IMG/VR virus record: IMGVR_UViG_3300025133_000164
Location: 1 to 50,042 of that record
DNA length: 50,042 bases
Origin: a virus
Taxonomy: Duplodnaviria; Caudoviricetes
Direction: 5' to 3' (one strand)
Shown here: positions 35,526 through 44,906 of the stretch, piece by piece
How the letters are laid out: every line of letters starts with the position of its first letter
How positions within the stretch are numbered: position 1 is the stretch's first letter
Notes under the pieces: model-generated
Databases searched by the model: none
The model's input: only the letters and a program-made list of their open reading frames with translations
Told to the model about the DNA's origin: nothing
Program-made: the position numbers and the translations under genes

Positions 35526-37766
35526 ATGCTTCCCTGGTCGTTCTCGATCTTCAGGGGTGGGTTCACCGATACCCAGCCCCAACAAGTGAACCTGCCTTCA
35601 GCACAGGCGATCCGCAGACTCTTCGAACGACCTCCCCAGAAGCCGAGCAGCTACTACAAGCGCCGGCTCCCGTGCTGGTCACCAGCCCTGTACCCGCAGG
35701 GCAAGACACGCAGGAACGACAACGTCCAGGGGCTCACTGCCCTGGTGCTGGACGTGGACGACGGCAGCGTCGGTCCCAAGGAAGCGGGTCACCTGCTCCA
35801 GGCTCAGAGCCTGAACCATGCGGTCTACTCGACGTGGAACCACAGCCTGTCCCGGCCCAAGTACCGGGTGGTGATCTTCGTCAACAGGGTCATCAAGGCT
35901 CACGAGTTCTCCTCCCTTTGGCAGTACGCCCAGAAGATCCTGGGTCACGTAGGTGACCAGGCGTGCAAGGATCTGGCCCGCCACTACGCCCTGCCGATCC
36001 GACGTCGGCGTGCCGAGGAGTACGTCGGCACCGTCTGGCTGGACGGCCAGGACCTCGACGTGGACAGGATCCTCATCGAGCAGAAGGTTCACGGTCAGCA
36101 GACCAACGCGCAGGGTGGCACCACCAAGGCTGCCAAGCTCACGGAGAAGGAACCTCCGATTGCGCTGACCAAGACGACGCCCATCACCCTGAACTCAGGG
36201 AAGACCATCACCCCCGAGGTGCTGATCAAGGCGGGCGAGGCCAAGTACAAGTGCTTCTGCCCGTGGGAGGATGGAGCCAGCGCAGGGTCTGCCTTCGTCC
36301 GCGTCATGGCAGACGGGCGCTGCTTCCTCCGCTGCACCTCCACGGGACACAGCCATCCGGGTCGGCAGTGGTGGGTCAGCAACACGGCGAAGAAGGGTGC
36401 GGGTACACGATCCGTCTCCGAACGCCGCAACCTGCTGACCGAAGTGCCCCCGGACATCGCCCGGTACGCGGAAGCGTCCCTCGCCTACAACCTCCAGCAG
36501 CAGGCGTTCTTCCGTCGGCAGCGGGGGAAGTGGTTGATCGGCTCACCGCTCCGGAAGAACGACCTCACTGATCACCTTGTTGGACTTCTGCCCGAGGGGT
36601 GCGGGCAGAAGCATGCTATTGCGCTGGTAGACCACGTTCTGAGCAGGCAGACCTACGGTTACGATGTAGTCTCAGAAGGACTACCGATCGTATCACGCGA
36701 TGGTCAGCGGATGATGAACCTGTACGCCGAGCCGAAGCTGAAGCCGAAGCCGCACCCCTTCCCTACCCTGAAGGCGATGCTGAAGGTGCTCGCTGCCAGC
36801 GACCCTGGCGCTGAGAAGTGGCTCGTCCACTGGTCAGCAGCCCTGGTCCAGGCACCCGAGCGCCGAGGCATGACCGCTGTCCTGTGCATGTCCCCTCAGC
36901 AGGGGATCGGCAAGAGCATGTACGGTCGGATCCTCTCCCACATCATCGGGGAAGGGAACACCGCCGTCGTCTCCAACCGCGCACTCCGGGACAACTTCAA
37001 CGCCAGCTACGTCACTGCGCTCTTCATCCTGGCCGACGAGGTCGGCATCCATCCTGCGGCGAAGGACGTCGTAGCTGAGATCAAGACCTACATCACGGAT
37101 GAAGAGGTCCACCTTGCTGCCCCCTACGCTGCGAGGACGAAGACGAAGAACCGCATGACGTGGTGGATGACGAGCAACGAACTTCGCCCCCTGCTCATCG
37201 AGCAGGACGACAGGCGGATGACGGTGCTCGCTTCCGGCACGGCGTCGGTCGACTACAAGCTGAGCTTGCGGGATGCCTTCGACTCCAAGACGGGGACGTT
37301 CACGGAAGACTTCCAGGCAGAGGTGTGCGGGTTCGCCCACGCCCTCCGCAAGCTGAAGGTGGACTGGTCTCTCATCGCCAAGCCTTACGAGACGGGAGCC
37401 AAGCGCCTCCTCTTGAAGGCCAGCCTTGGTAGCCTCACTGCCTACAAGAAGCTGCTGGAGCAGATCGGCATCGCCGGAACCCTGTCCTCCTACCCGCCCA
37501 ACCACGACGCCAAGCAGCTGATGCAGCTTGCAGCCCGTGGGACGGCCACCTGTCAGACAGCCTACTCGTCCTACCGGACGTGGTGTCAGCGGCACGGTCG
37601 ACGTGACGAGCGTCCCGAAGCCGAGTTCCAGCTCGTCATGCTCTCGATCCAGGGTGTCACGGTGAAGACCCTGCATCGAGGAGGGGAGTACATCGATGTC
37701 TACCGAGGACTACCTCAACGTCGGGGGAACGACCGCAAGGGCCAAGTGGTTAGCCTACCTGGATAG
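35526..37766 (+). CDS. Primase (AEP/PrimPol-like) fused to an SF3 helicase (DUF5906 type); start may be 35466
   Basis: Primase motifs LVLDVDD, YSTWNH, KYRVVI and D..CKD.AR; Zn-like CFCPW..C..H; Walker A QGIGKS, Walker B ILADE, motif C MTSN. Confidence 0.88.
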   Translation: MLPWSFSIFRGGFTDTQPQQVNLPSAQAIRRLFERPPQKPSSYYKRRLPCWSPALYPQGKTRRNDNVQGLTALVLDVDDGSVGPKEAGHLLQAQSLNHAVYSTWNHSLSRPKYRVVIFVNRVIKAHEFSSLWQYAQKILGHVGDQACKDLARHYALPIRRRRAEEYVGTVWLDGQDLDVDRILIEQKVHGQQTNAQGGTTKAAKLTEKEPPIALTKTTPITLNSGKTITPEVLIKAGEAKYKCFCPWEDGASAGSAFVRVMADGRCFLRCTSTGHSHPGRQWWVSNTAKKGAGTRSVSERRNLLTEVPPDIARYAEASLAYNLQQQAFFRRQRGKWLIGSPLRKNDLTDHLVGLLPEGCGQKHAIALVDHVLSRQTYGYDVVSEGLPIVSRDGQRMMNLYAEPKLKPKPHPFPTLKAMLKVLAASDPGAEKWLVHWSAALVQAPERRGMTAVLCMSPQQGIGKSMYGRILSHIIGEGNTAVVSNRALRDNFNASYVTALFILADEVGIHPAAKDVVAEIKTYITDEEVHLAAPYAARTKTKNRMTWWMTSNELRPLLIEQDDRRMTVLASGTASVDYKLSLRDAFDSKTGTFTEDFQAEVCGFAHALRKLKVDWSLIAKPYETGAKRLLLKASLGSLTAYKKLLEQIGIAGTLSSYPPNHDAKQLMQLAARGTATCQTAYSSYRTWCQRHGRRDERPEAEFQLVMLSIQGVTVKTLHRGGEYIDVYRGLPQRRGNDRKGQVVSLPG

Positions 37767-37788
37767 GCGGCCCATCCTTCGCGGAGAC

Positions 37789-38334
37789 ATGCCCCAGCGC
37801 CGAGCCGCAACCCGTGAGCTGGTGAGCAGCTGGGAGCGTAGTTTCTGGTGGCAGGCCCCTCTCCGGATCGTGCTCACCACACCGGAGAAGATCTCCGAAA
37901 GCGCGCTCATGCAGCTGGCCAACGAAGGCCAACCCGCCGACGTCAACGACGACTGCCTGTGTGGTGGCCGGCTCTACGAGGTTTGGGAGACCCTCCCCGA
38001 GGAGGGAGTTCTCTGCCCGTGGGAGTTCTGCACCACCTGCAACACCCACCACTACTACTTCGGAACTGGAGACCAAGTTGCCTCTCTTCTCGTGGCAGAA
38101 GACGATCCCGAACCACTGGCTGGAGGTCCCGGGAGTCTACAAGAACAAGCGCAACGACGGTGGGCGAGTCCCGCACAACGCGCATGGGATCTTGGGGCTG
38201 CCACCTGTGGTCCCAGCCAGTGGTGGCCTGAGGACGTTCGACAAGCTCGTTACATCCGCCTGCTTCCCCTCGTGGATGAAAAGCCTCCCGACGGAGTACC
38301 AACGCCGAACTACGGCTGGCGCACTGAGTCGTGA
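37789..38334 (+). CDS. Zinc-ribbon protein (181 aa; 3' part overlaps the helicase gene)
   Basis: GGAG RBS; CLCGG...CTTC; good codon bias only up to ~38065. Confidence 0.55.
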   Translation: MPQRRAATRELVSSWERSFWWQAPLRIVLTTPEKISESALMQLANEGQPADVNDDCLCGGRLYEVWETLPEEGVLCPWEFCTTCNTHHYYFGTGDQVASLLVAEDDPEPLAGGPGSLQEQAQRRWASPAQRAWDLGAATCGPSQWWPEDVRQARYIRLLPLVDEKPPDGVPTPNYGWRTES

Positions 38335-39679
38335 AGGCTTCCACGCCTGGGCTCCTCCGGGTGCAGGCAAGACCCTGATGGGCTTGATCTGGCTCGCAGC
38401 TGCGAGGCAGGCTCCGAAGCTGGTCATCACCCGAGCGCATGCCCGGTGGAACTGGAAGGAGGAGGTGCGCAAGTACACCCGCTTCCGGCCCGTCATGCTC
38501 ACGGGGAAGACACCGCCCCCCGACTTCAAGGTCGACCCCCGGTGCATCTACATCACCAGCTTCTCGACGATCATCGACTGGCGCGAGACTCTGCTTCAGA
38601 GCTTCAAGGGCGGCTGGCTCTGCATCGATGAGATCCACTGGTGCAAGAACCGGAAGCGGGTCAAGCCCGTCGTCCAGCCCGATGGCTCCACCAAGTGGCA
38701 GCCCCTGGGCAACCAGGCAGCAGCGATGCACCAGCTGTGCGGCGTCACGGCCCGAAGGTTCGGCCTGACGGCGACGCCCGTACCGAACAGGCTCTCCGAC
38801 CTGTGGGCGCAGCTGGACCTCGCAGAGCCTTGGCAGTGGGGCAACTTCCACGGCTTCGGCGTCCGCTACTGCGGTGCGTGGCAGGACACCTACGGCTGGA
38901 AGTACGACGGGATCAGCAACAAGCGCGAGTTGAAGCAACGGCTGAACCACTGCCGCCGAGTCACTCCGCAGTCCGACCTCGCCCGTATGCTCCCCCCCTT
39001 CCGCCGGCAGCTGATCCGCTTGCCGCACTCCGAGCAGGACAACCCCGCCCGGATGAAGGAGTACATGAAGAAGATGCTCCGAGGCGGAAGTGCCTGGGAG
39101 GGGCTGCTTGCCGAGGCTGCTACCCGGAAGCGTACCTACGTCACCCGCAAGGTGGTGGAGGAAGCCAAGGCAGGGATGAAGATCGTAGTCTTCACCGGAC
39201 GACGGAAGGACTGCGAGTCCCTGGCCAAGGCCATCCGGAGGAAGCTGCCGGACCAGATCCCTATGTGGTGGGCGCACGGTGGCACCAGCGGCGAGGAGCG
39301 GCACCGCATCCGGGACGAGTACATGGCCCACCAGGGAGCCTGTGTCCTCGTCGGCACCGGCAACGCCTGGGGTGAGAGCATCAACCTCCAGGACACCGAC
39401 CTCGCCCTGATGGTCATGCTGCCCTGGGAGCCCGAGAAGCTCCGGCAGTGGGAGGGTCGCTTCCCCCGCCTGGGTCAACAGCGTCCGGTCGTGGTCAGCT
39501 ACATCATCTGCGAGGGCACCGCCGACGAGCGGATGTCCGAGACCATGCTGGAGAAGCTCCCCATCGTCGGGCTCGTTGCCGACGACGAGGAAGCCCAGAA
39601 GCTGGAGGAGACTCTGGCCGACACCAAGGAGGGGGACTCGCTGCTTCAGCAGCTGATCTCCAGGGGGCAACGGAAGTGA
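38078..39679 (+). CDS. SNF2-family helicase (533 aa)
   Basis: TTG start with GGAG RBS; motifs PGAGKT, IDEIH, LTATP, GESINLQ and QWEGR..RLGQ. Confidence 0.88.
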   Translation: MPLFSWQKTIPNHWLEVPGVYKNKRNDGGRVPHNAHGILGLPPVVPASGGLRTFDKLVTSACFPSWMKSLPTEYQRRTTAGALSREGFHAWAPPGAGKTLMGLIWLAAARQAPKLVITRAHARWNWKEEVRKYTRFRPVMLTGKTPPPDFKVDPRCIYITSFSTIIDWRETLLQSFKGGWLCIDEIHWCKNRKRVKPVVQPDGSTKWQPLGNQAAAMHQLCGVTARRFGLTATPVPNRLSDLWAQLDLAEPWQWGNFHGFGVRYCGAWQDTYGWKYDGISNKRELKQRLNHCRRVTPQSDLARMLPPFRRQLIRLPHSEQDNPARMKEYMKKMLRGGSAWEGLLAEAATRKRTYVTRKVVEEAKAGMKIVVFTGRRKDCESLAKAIRRKLPDQIPMWWAHGGTSGEERHRIRDEYMAHQGACVLVGTGNAWGESINLQDTDLALMVMLPWEPEKLRQWEGRFPRLGQQRPVVVSYIICEGTADERMSETMLEKLPIVGLVADDEEAQKLEETLADTKEGDSLLQQLISRGQRK

Positions 39680-40077
39680 AGAGTAGCGAGGGGTGGACGT
39701 CGGATGACGTCATGCAGCTTTGGCAGCAGTTTGTCACCAGATGTCTCCGCCGCTATCGAGCCGGCGATCCGCTATCGGATCGTGTTACACTTGGTAGTAT
39801 GAAGACAGCCCGAAGCGAAGGAGTGGTAATGGCCCTTTGGCCATCCCGCTCCGCCTTCGATCACTGCTTCGCAGTCTGGTCGGAGGCAGGTCAAGTGAGC
39901 TACTTCATCCCGAACACCCTTGTTGGTGGGCTGGGTGCACTGAACTCCCCCAACCCCTGGTACCCGTTGGACCAGCTGACGGCGTGGGTCGAGGAGAACG
40001 TAGCTTCGGACCCGAAGCTCATCGAGCTTCTCGATGCCACCGACGCCCTTCAAGGGCTGGAGCGACTCAATGGGTGA
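39676..40077 (+). CDS. Hypothetical protein (133 aa)
   Basis: GTGA overlap with the helicase; slightly AT-richer. Confidence 0.55.
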   Translation: MKSSEGWTSDDVMQLWQQFVTRCLRRYRAGDPLSDRVTLGSMKTARSEGVVMALWPSRSAFDHCFAVWSEAGQVSYFIPNTLVGGLGALNSPNPWYPLDQLTAWVEENVASDPKLIELLDATDALQGLERLNG

Positions 40078-40432
40078 CACCGTCCACGGGAAAGAGTTCG
40101 GCACCCGCTTCCGTAAGCGGGACGGCCCGCTGAAGGTCACCTACTACAAGATGCCTTCGGGGATCATCGCCGCCAGGGCCCACAAGAGCTGGACTCTGCC
40201 TCGTGCCTGGCACGCCAGCATCGCCCGAGTAGGAAACAGCCATCGGCAGGTGGCAGACTTCACCTCCAAGGAAGAGGCCGTCGAGTGGATCGAGATGAAC
40301 CTGGGGTTCATGGAACTGAACGGCGACTTCGACGCCTCTCCCTGGGAGAACCAGTACGCCGACACGTCGTCCTTCACCGCAGCCGGGCGAGCCATGCTGA
40401 AGGCTGCCTACAACCGAGCCAAGAATGCCTGA
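40070..40432 (+). CDS. Hypothetical protein (120 aa)
   Basis: GGAG RBS; strong codon bias. Confidence 0.65.
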   Translation: MGDTVHGKEFGTRFRKRDGPLKVTYYKMPSGIIAARAHKSWTLPRAWHASIARVGNSHRQVADFTSKEEAVEWIEMNLGFMELNGDFDASPWENQYADTSSFTAAGRAMLKAAYNRAKNA

Positions 40433-41264
40433 GCTTCTTTTCTCCGGACCCTCCCCCCGAGGGTCCCACCGCATCGGACAGGCTGCCTTCTGCCTGAGGC
40501 TGCACGCCTTCAGCGTGGCTGGCATGGTCGACCGGAGCGGAGCGATGCCCCTCATCCGAGGGTCGCTCCTGCACATGGCTGCCGCCCACCACTACCGGCG
40601 CATGCAGGCAGTGCAGGAAGGCGAGGATCCGGAGCGGTGGTACACCCCGAAGGCTGCGCTGTACGCGCTCGCCAAGCAGGAGTTGGAAGCCGGCGGCCCA
40701 GCGATGTGGAAGGACCTGATCCCTCTCGTCTGGAATGCCTGGGAGGCGTACGAGAAGTACTACCCCTACGACCACGAAGAGTGGGAGATCCTCCAGGTGG
40801 AGGAGTACTTGCAGGCCAACGTCGGCAAGGGCAAGCACCTCTACACGCAGCGTCCCGACCTCGTGGTCCGTGACCGTAGGACCGGCAAGGTCTACATCGT
40901 CGACCACAAGACAGCCTGGAGGCTGGACCACAGCACACTGACCCAGCACCTGCTGGGCATCCAGTTCTTGGGCTACCAGCTGTTCGGCAAGGCCAAGTAC
41001 AAGCGAGCCTTCGGCGGCATCCTGGTCAACAGGATCAAGGTCAAGGCTCCCGTCCAGTTCAGCCGCACGCTGCTGGAGCGTTCACCCCACGCCATCCGTT
41101 CCTTCCCTACGTTCATCGACTTCTGGGAAGAGCAGATCGCCCGCTTCACCAAGACGGCTGAGTCTCCCTGGGACTGGCCGCCCACCTTCGACGAGCGTTG
41201 TTGCGTCTCCAAGTACGGAGCCTGCCCGATGTTCGAAAGCTGTCGTCATGGCCCAAGCAAGTAG
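40425..41264 (+). CDS. Cas4/RecB-like PD-(D/E)XK exonuclease with probable Fe-S cluster (279 aa)
   Basis: RG...H, VEE, RPDLV, VDHKT and Q...Y motifs; one N-terminal Cys plus a C-terminal Cys cluster (CC.....C.....C). Confidence 0.85.
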   Translation: MPELLFSGPSPRGSHRIGQAAFCLRLHAFSVAGMVDRSGAMPLIRGSLLHMAAAHHYRRMQAVQEGEDPERWYTPKAALYALAKQELEAGGPAMWKDLIPLVWNAWEAYEKYYPYDHEEWEILQVEEYLQANVGKGKHLYTQRPDLVVRDRRTGKVYIVDHKTAWRLDHSTLTQHLLGIQFLGYQLFGKAKYKRAFGGILVNRIKVKAPVQFSRTLLERSPHAIRSFPTFIDFWEEQIARFTKTAESPWDWPPTFDERCCVSKYGACPMFESCRHGPSK

Positions 41265-41271
41265 CGGAAGC

Positions 41272-41538
41272 ATGAGCACCCACCTGGAAGTCGCGATCCG
41301 AGAGCTGACGCGCGAGACCGAGGACTTCGCCGATGCCCACCAGTACCTGGACGAAGTCGTCGAAGACGTGGGCTGTACGGAAGCTGCCGCGTTGCACGCC
41401 CTGTACGCGCACTACGGCGACGAGGTACCTGTCGACCAGGCTGCGGAATGCCACGAATGCGGCGCACCTGCGCCGACGGGTGTGTACCAGTGCCCGGCAT
41501 GCCGCGCCGTCGCATGCGCAACGCAGAACACGCTGTGA
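41272..41538 (+). CDS. Zinc-ribbon protein (88 aa)
   Basis: CHEC...CPAC. Confidence 0.6.
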   Translation: MSTHLEVAIRELTRETEDFADAHQYLDEVVEDVGCTEAAALHALYAHYGDEVPVDQAAECHECGAPAPTGVYQCPACRAVACATQNTL

Positions 41539-41666
41539 GAGCGCACCTGGCGCGCCAACCCAGTGGGTACATCATCGGCCGCCGTAAGAGCCGGGAAGCT
41601 GCCGTTCGTACCGTTGAGCGGCACGCCGCAGATCTGGTACTTGCTTCTTTGGTGGAGGGCCTATGA
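41535..41666 (+). CDS. Small protein (43 aa)
   Basis: Start/stop overlaps on both sides; shares a C-terminal motif with the next two genes. Confidence 0.5.
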   Translation: MRAHLARQPSGYIIGRRKSREAAVRTVERHAADLVLASLVEGL

Positions 41667-41986
41667 GCATCAAGGCCAAGGGCCTGAACAGGATCCAGAC
41701 TGGCTACGAGGACCTGAACTTCGGCCCCAAGCTCATCGAGCCAGACCCTGTCCGGTGGAGGCACGTAGGTCGGCTCACGACAGCGCTCATCATCCACCAG
41801 AAGGTGGTGGGCTACATCGAGTACACCTACCTGAGCAAGAACGACTACCACTACGAAGGCAAGACCCCCCTCCGGGGTCCCGGACGTAGGATCATCCTTG
41901 TGTCGAAGGACAAGGCCGAGGTGATGCGAGCCATGGAAGCCCACTTCGCCGCCGAGATCCTGGAAGCTACGATGGGGAGCCTCTGA
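41663..41986 (+). CDS. Hypothetical protein (107 aa)
   Basis: GGAGG RBS and ATGA overlap. Confidence 0.7.
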   Translation: MSIKAKGLNRIQTGYEDLNFGPKLIEPDPVRWRHVGRLTTALIIHQKVVGYIEYTYLSKNDYHYEGKTPLRGPGRRIILVSKDKAEVMRAMEAHFAAEILEATMGSL

Positions 41987-42288
41987 TGGCGTGGCACTGG
42001 GGTGAGTGGGAAGACCTGGCAGGCGGCTGGCGGCGTAGAGGCTTCTACCTGGGCAGCATCTGCATGGCCATGGTCATGGACAAGCCGCTCGACAGCGGCA
42101 ACCACCGCCGTCGGATGGAGATCCGAGTTCGTGGCAAGGACATAGGCTCAGCACAGCTGATCGGCACTGCCGATTACGCCCCGGGACTGAACGCAGTGGA
42201 GTACGAGAACTGCTGGAAGAGCGTCCAGTACAAGGTTGAAAACCACTACGCGGAAGAGATACTATCGATGTCCTTCCGAGATTTCTGA
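41986..42288 (+). CDS. Hypothetical protein (100 aa)
   Basis: GGGGAG RBS and TGATG overlap. Confidence 0.65.
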   Translation: MAWHWGEWEDLAGGWRRRGFYLGSICMAMVMDKPLDSGNHRRRMEIRVRGKDIGSAQLIGTADYAPGLNAVEYENCWKSVQYKVENHYAEEILSMSFRDF

Positions 42289-42335
42289 GAGAGCGAGAGC
42301 AACCGAACAACCGAGACGAGTCAACAGGAGAGATC

Positions 42336-42878
42336 GTGAACATCGCAGCTTCGCCCGGCACTCTTGCCGAGCGCATCGCGTCCATGAAGCGGGACGAGGC
42401 ACGGAGTGCCGTCCGTTCGTGTACGCACATGGCAGAGGTCAAGGAAGTCAGCCGGGACGACACCCGGAAGACCATCCGAGACATCGCCTACCACCGGCTC
42501 CTCCAGCTGGAGGTCCTCGACCTGACCGGCGACGAGGAGGTCGTGAAGGCCCCGAAGAAGGCCAAGAAGGTCAAGGCTCCCAAGCCCAAGAAGGCCCTGC
42601 CGGATGTGCCCGAGGGGCACAAGTGGTGCCCGAAGTGCCTGGTGTTCCACCCCCTGGCCGAGTTCGGCACGCGGAAGATGAAGCGGACCCGCAAGGACGG
42701 GGAAGTGATCGTCACCGAGCGCCCCCAGAGCTACTGCACCCGGGCTCGCAACGGCCACGCCAAGGCGCTGCGCCAGAAGCGTGCAGCCAAGAAGCGGGCA
42801 GCCGAGGCGGAGATCTCCGAGGCTACCGTCGAGGACTTCACCGCAGCGCTCAAGGCGCAGCTGGCAGGTGAAGAGTGA
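42336..42878 (+). CDS. Basic protein with a zinc-finger-like KWCPKC...PLAEF...SYC module (180 aa)
   Basis: The module resembles the N-terminal Zn domain of phage HNH/endonuclease VII proteins, but no nuclease core is seen; K/A/P-rich linker. Confidence 0.65.
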   Translation: MNIAASPGTLAERIASMKRDEARSAVRSCTHMAEVKEVSRDDTRKTIRDIAYHRLLQLEVLDLTGDEEVVKAPKKAKKVKAPKPKKALPDVPEGHKWCPKCLVFHPLAEFGTRKMKRTRKDGEVIVTERPQSYCTRARNGHAKALRQKRAAKKRAAEAEISEATVEDFTAALKAQLAGEE

Positions 42879-43783
42879 AGCGGGGTGAGACCGGCATCCT
42901 CCTCGCCCTGTACGCCCCCTCCAAGTCAGGCAAGACCTTGGCCACCCTGTGCGCCGCCTTCCACGGCAAGTGGGTAGCGGAGAAGGGAGCCCTGCTGCCG
43001 GCGAACGAGTTCGGGATTCCGATCCCGGACGCTGTTCGTGCTCCCGAACTGCCTGACGTGGCGAAGTACGTGAGCACCCTGGTGAAGCAGAAGACCGTCA
43101 TCCCTGCGCTCGTCATCGACGACATGAGCCTGATCGTCCAGCGCACGCTGAGCCGCCTGGAGAACGAGGGTGTCGGCGTCGCCATGTGGGGTCGGATCCG
43201 ACAGTGGGTCATGTCCATCGCCTACGACGCCAAGGAACTGACGGAGCGTGGAACCCACGTGATCTTCAACTTCCACGAGCAGCCCCCGAGGACCTCGTCC
43301 GGCAAGTACATCCGGGGTGGACCCCAGATGCCGGGGCAGCTGCCCGAGCAGTTCAGCGCCGAGTGCTACGTCGTCTGCCGTGCAGTCTTCGACCCGACCG
43401 CCGCCCCCTGGAAGTACGTCCTCCACACCGGCCCGTCAGGTACACACATCCACGGTGACCGCATGGGCGTCTTCCCGGACGTAGGTCCGATGAACCTGCG
43501 AGAGGGCCTGATCCAGGCTGGCTACGACATCCCCCGCCCCAAGGGCATGGAGTGGATGGACAGCGTCGTCGAGAAGATGAGCGAGAAGCTCCTGGCCGAC
43601 GACAACCTGGAGAACTGGAAGCAGGTGCTGAAGGCTCCAGCCGTGAAGCTGGCGCAGAAGCACGGCTCCGGTCCCGTCCGGTGGGCGGTGCAGGATACGG
43701 TCCACAGGGCGGTGATCAAGCACCACCTCGCGGAGGGTGCCCTGATGAGCCTCTTCGAAGACGGGGGCGAAGATGACTGGTAG
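42875..43783 (+). CDS. Sak4/AAA_24-like P-loop ATPase (302 aa)
   Basis: LYAPSKSGKT, LVIDD, WG and HVIFNFHE motifs; adjacent to SSB and close to the Cas4-like gene. Confidence 0.75.
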   Translation: MKRGETGILLALYAPSKSGKTLATLCAAFHGKWVAEKGALLPANEFGIPIPDAVRAPELPDVAKYVSTLVKQKTVIPALVIDDMSLIVQRTLSRLENEGVGVAMWGRIRQWVMSIAYDAKELTERGTHVIFNFHEQPPRTSSGKYIRGGPQMPGQLPEQFSAECYVVCRAVFDPTAAPWKYVLHTGPSGTHIHGDRMGVFPDVGPMNLREGLIQAGYDIPRPKGMEWMDSVVEKMSEKLLADDNLENWKQVLKAPAVKLAQKHGSGPVRWAVQDTVHRAVIKHHLAEGALMSLFEDGGEDDW

Positions 43784-43910
43784 CGCCATCGAGACCGTGC
43801 TGGTCATCGCCGCCACCCTATTCCTCCTGTCGATGCTGTTCGGCAAGTAGTTTCCCTGGCCCAGGGTACGGGCATTTCTGACAACAACAACCATGCCAAG
43901 AGGAAAGAGC

Positions 43911-44426
43911 ATGTCTGATCTGAGCAACGTCGCGATCGACTTCACCGACGCGACCCCCGCAGGTGGCTTCGGCTACCCCAAGATGGGCCTGAACACGGCC
44001 CGCATCACCGAGTGGAAGCACTACCCGGCTGGTGATCGTGGGGGAGCCGTCTTCTACCTGTACATGGTGACCGATGGGATCCAGCACCGTGAGCGCTTCG
44101 GCGTCGAGCGGGGCCTGCCCTTCATGCTGTCCGCCCTCATCTCCGCCGGAGCGCCCGAGAAGGCCGTCGTCGGGAAGAAGGTGACCGGCAAGATCCTGGA
44201 GAAGACCACCGGCAAGCGCGTCTTCTTCCACTACACCCCGCCCGAACTGGACCCCAACGGCAAGGCTCGCAAGGGGAGCTACCCGTCGTACTCCTTCTAC
44301 ACGAAGGATCGCTACGACGCGATGGTGAAGGACCAGGAAGACGAGAACCTCGACGACGTCGGTGACTCCGAGGGCGACGACGACTTCGACTTCCTGAACG
44401 AAGACGAAGACGAGGCCGCCAAGTAG
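43911..44426 (+). CDS. Single-stranded DNA-binding protein (DUF669-like, 171 aa)
   Basis: IDFTD...P.G...ARIT N-terminus and a strongly acidic C-terminal tail with aromatic residues; follows the Sak4-like gene. Confidence 0.7.
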   Translation: MSDLSNVAIDFTDATPAGGFGYPKMGLNTARITEWKHYPAGDRGGAVFYLYMVTDGIQHRERFGVERGLPFMLSALISAGAPEKAVVGKKVTGKILEKTTGKRVFFHYTPPELDPNGKARKGSYPSYSFYTKDRYDAMVKDQEDENLDDVGDSEGDDDFDFLNEDEDEAAK

Positions 44427-44600
44427 ATCGGTACCAACGGCAGGTCAGCTGCTGAGTTGTGCTCCTCTCAGTGGCTGATCACCGAGAAGGCTTGGCCCCC
44501 ACCTTCTGCCAAGAACGGGGGCACCTCCGATGACAGTCGGGCCGGACCCAACCTACGGTCCTCACCCTCCGCCCGGCCCGGCTGTCTTCAGAGGTGACAC

Positions 44601-44906
44601 ATGAACGAGGAAGTCGAAGCTGTGTTCACCCAACTGGCGCTGATGCAGGCTGGTGGGGAGCGGCTCGTGCTCAACGAAGAAGACTTCGCCACGTACACCA
44701 AGTACCTGGAGAGCCAGTGCCGGGTGTCGAGCGCGACGACGATCGCGCTTGGTTGTGACAGCAGCGCTGTTGTGTCACCTACATCCGTGATGCAAGCCAA
44801 GATCAGCGCTTGGTACCAGAGGCCGACCACCTCCTTCCGGGGCGAGCGAGTCTACTCCCGTTCCGAACTCACCATGTGGACGCAGGCGTATGCAACCAGG
44901 AAGTGA
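44601..44906 (+). CDS. Hypothetical protein (101 aa)
   Basis: GAGGTG RBS; overlaps the polymerase start. Confidence 0.6.
   Translation: MNEEVEAVFTQLALMQAGGERLVLNEEDFATYTKYLESQCRVSSATTIALGCDSSAVVSPTSVMQAKISAWYQRPTTSFRGERVYSRSELTMWTQAYATRK

Noticed and set aside
40425-41264. Cas4-like gene as evidence of a CRISPR-Cas system
   Set aside because: Solo Cas4-like nucleases are common in phage replication modules; no array or other cas genes.
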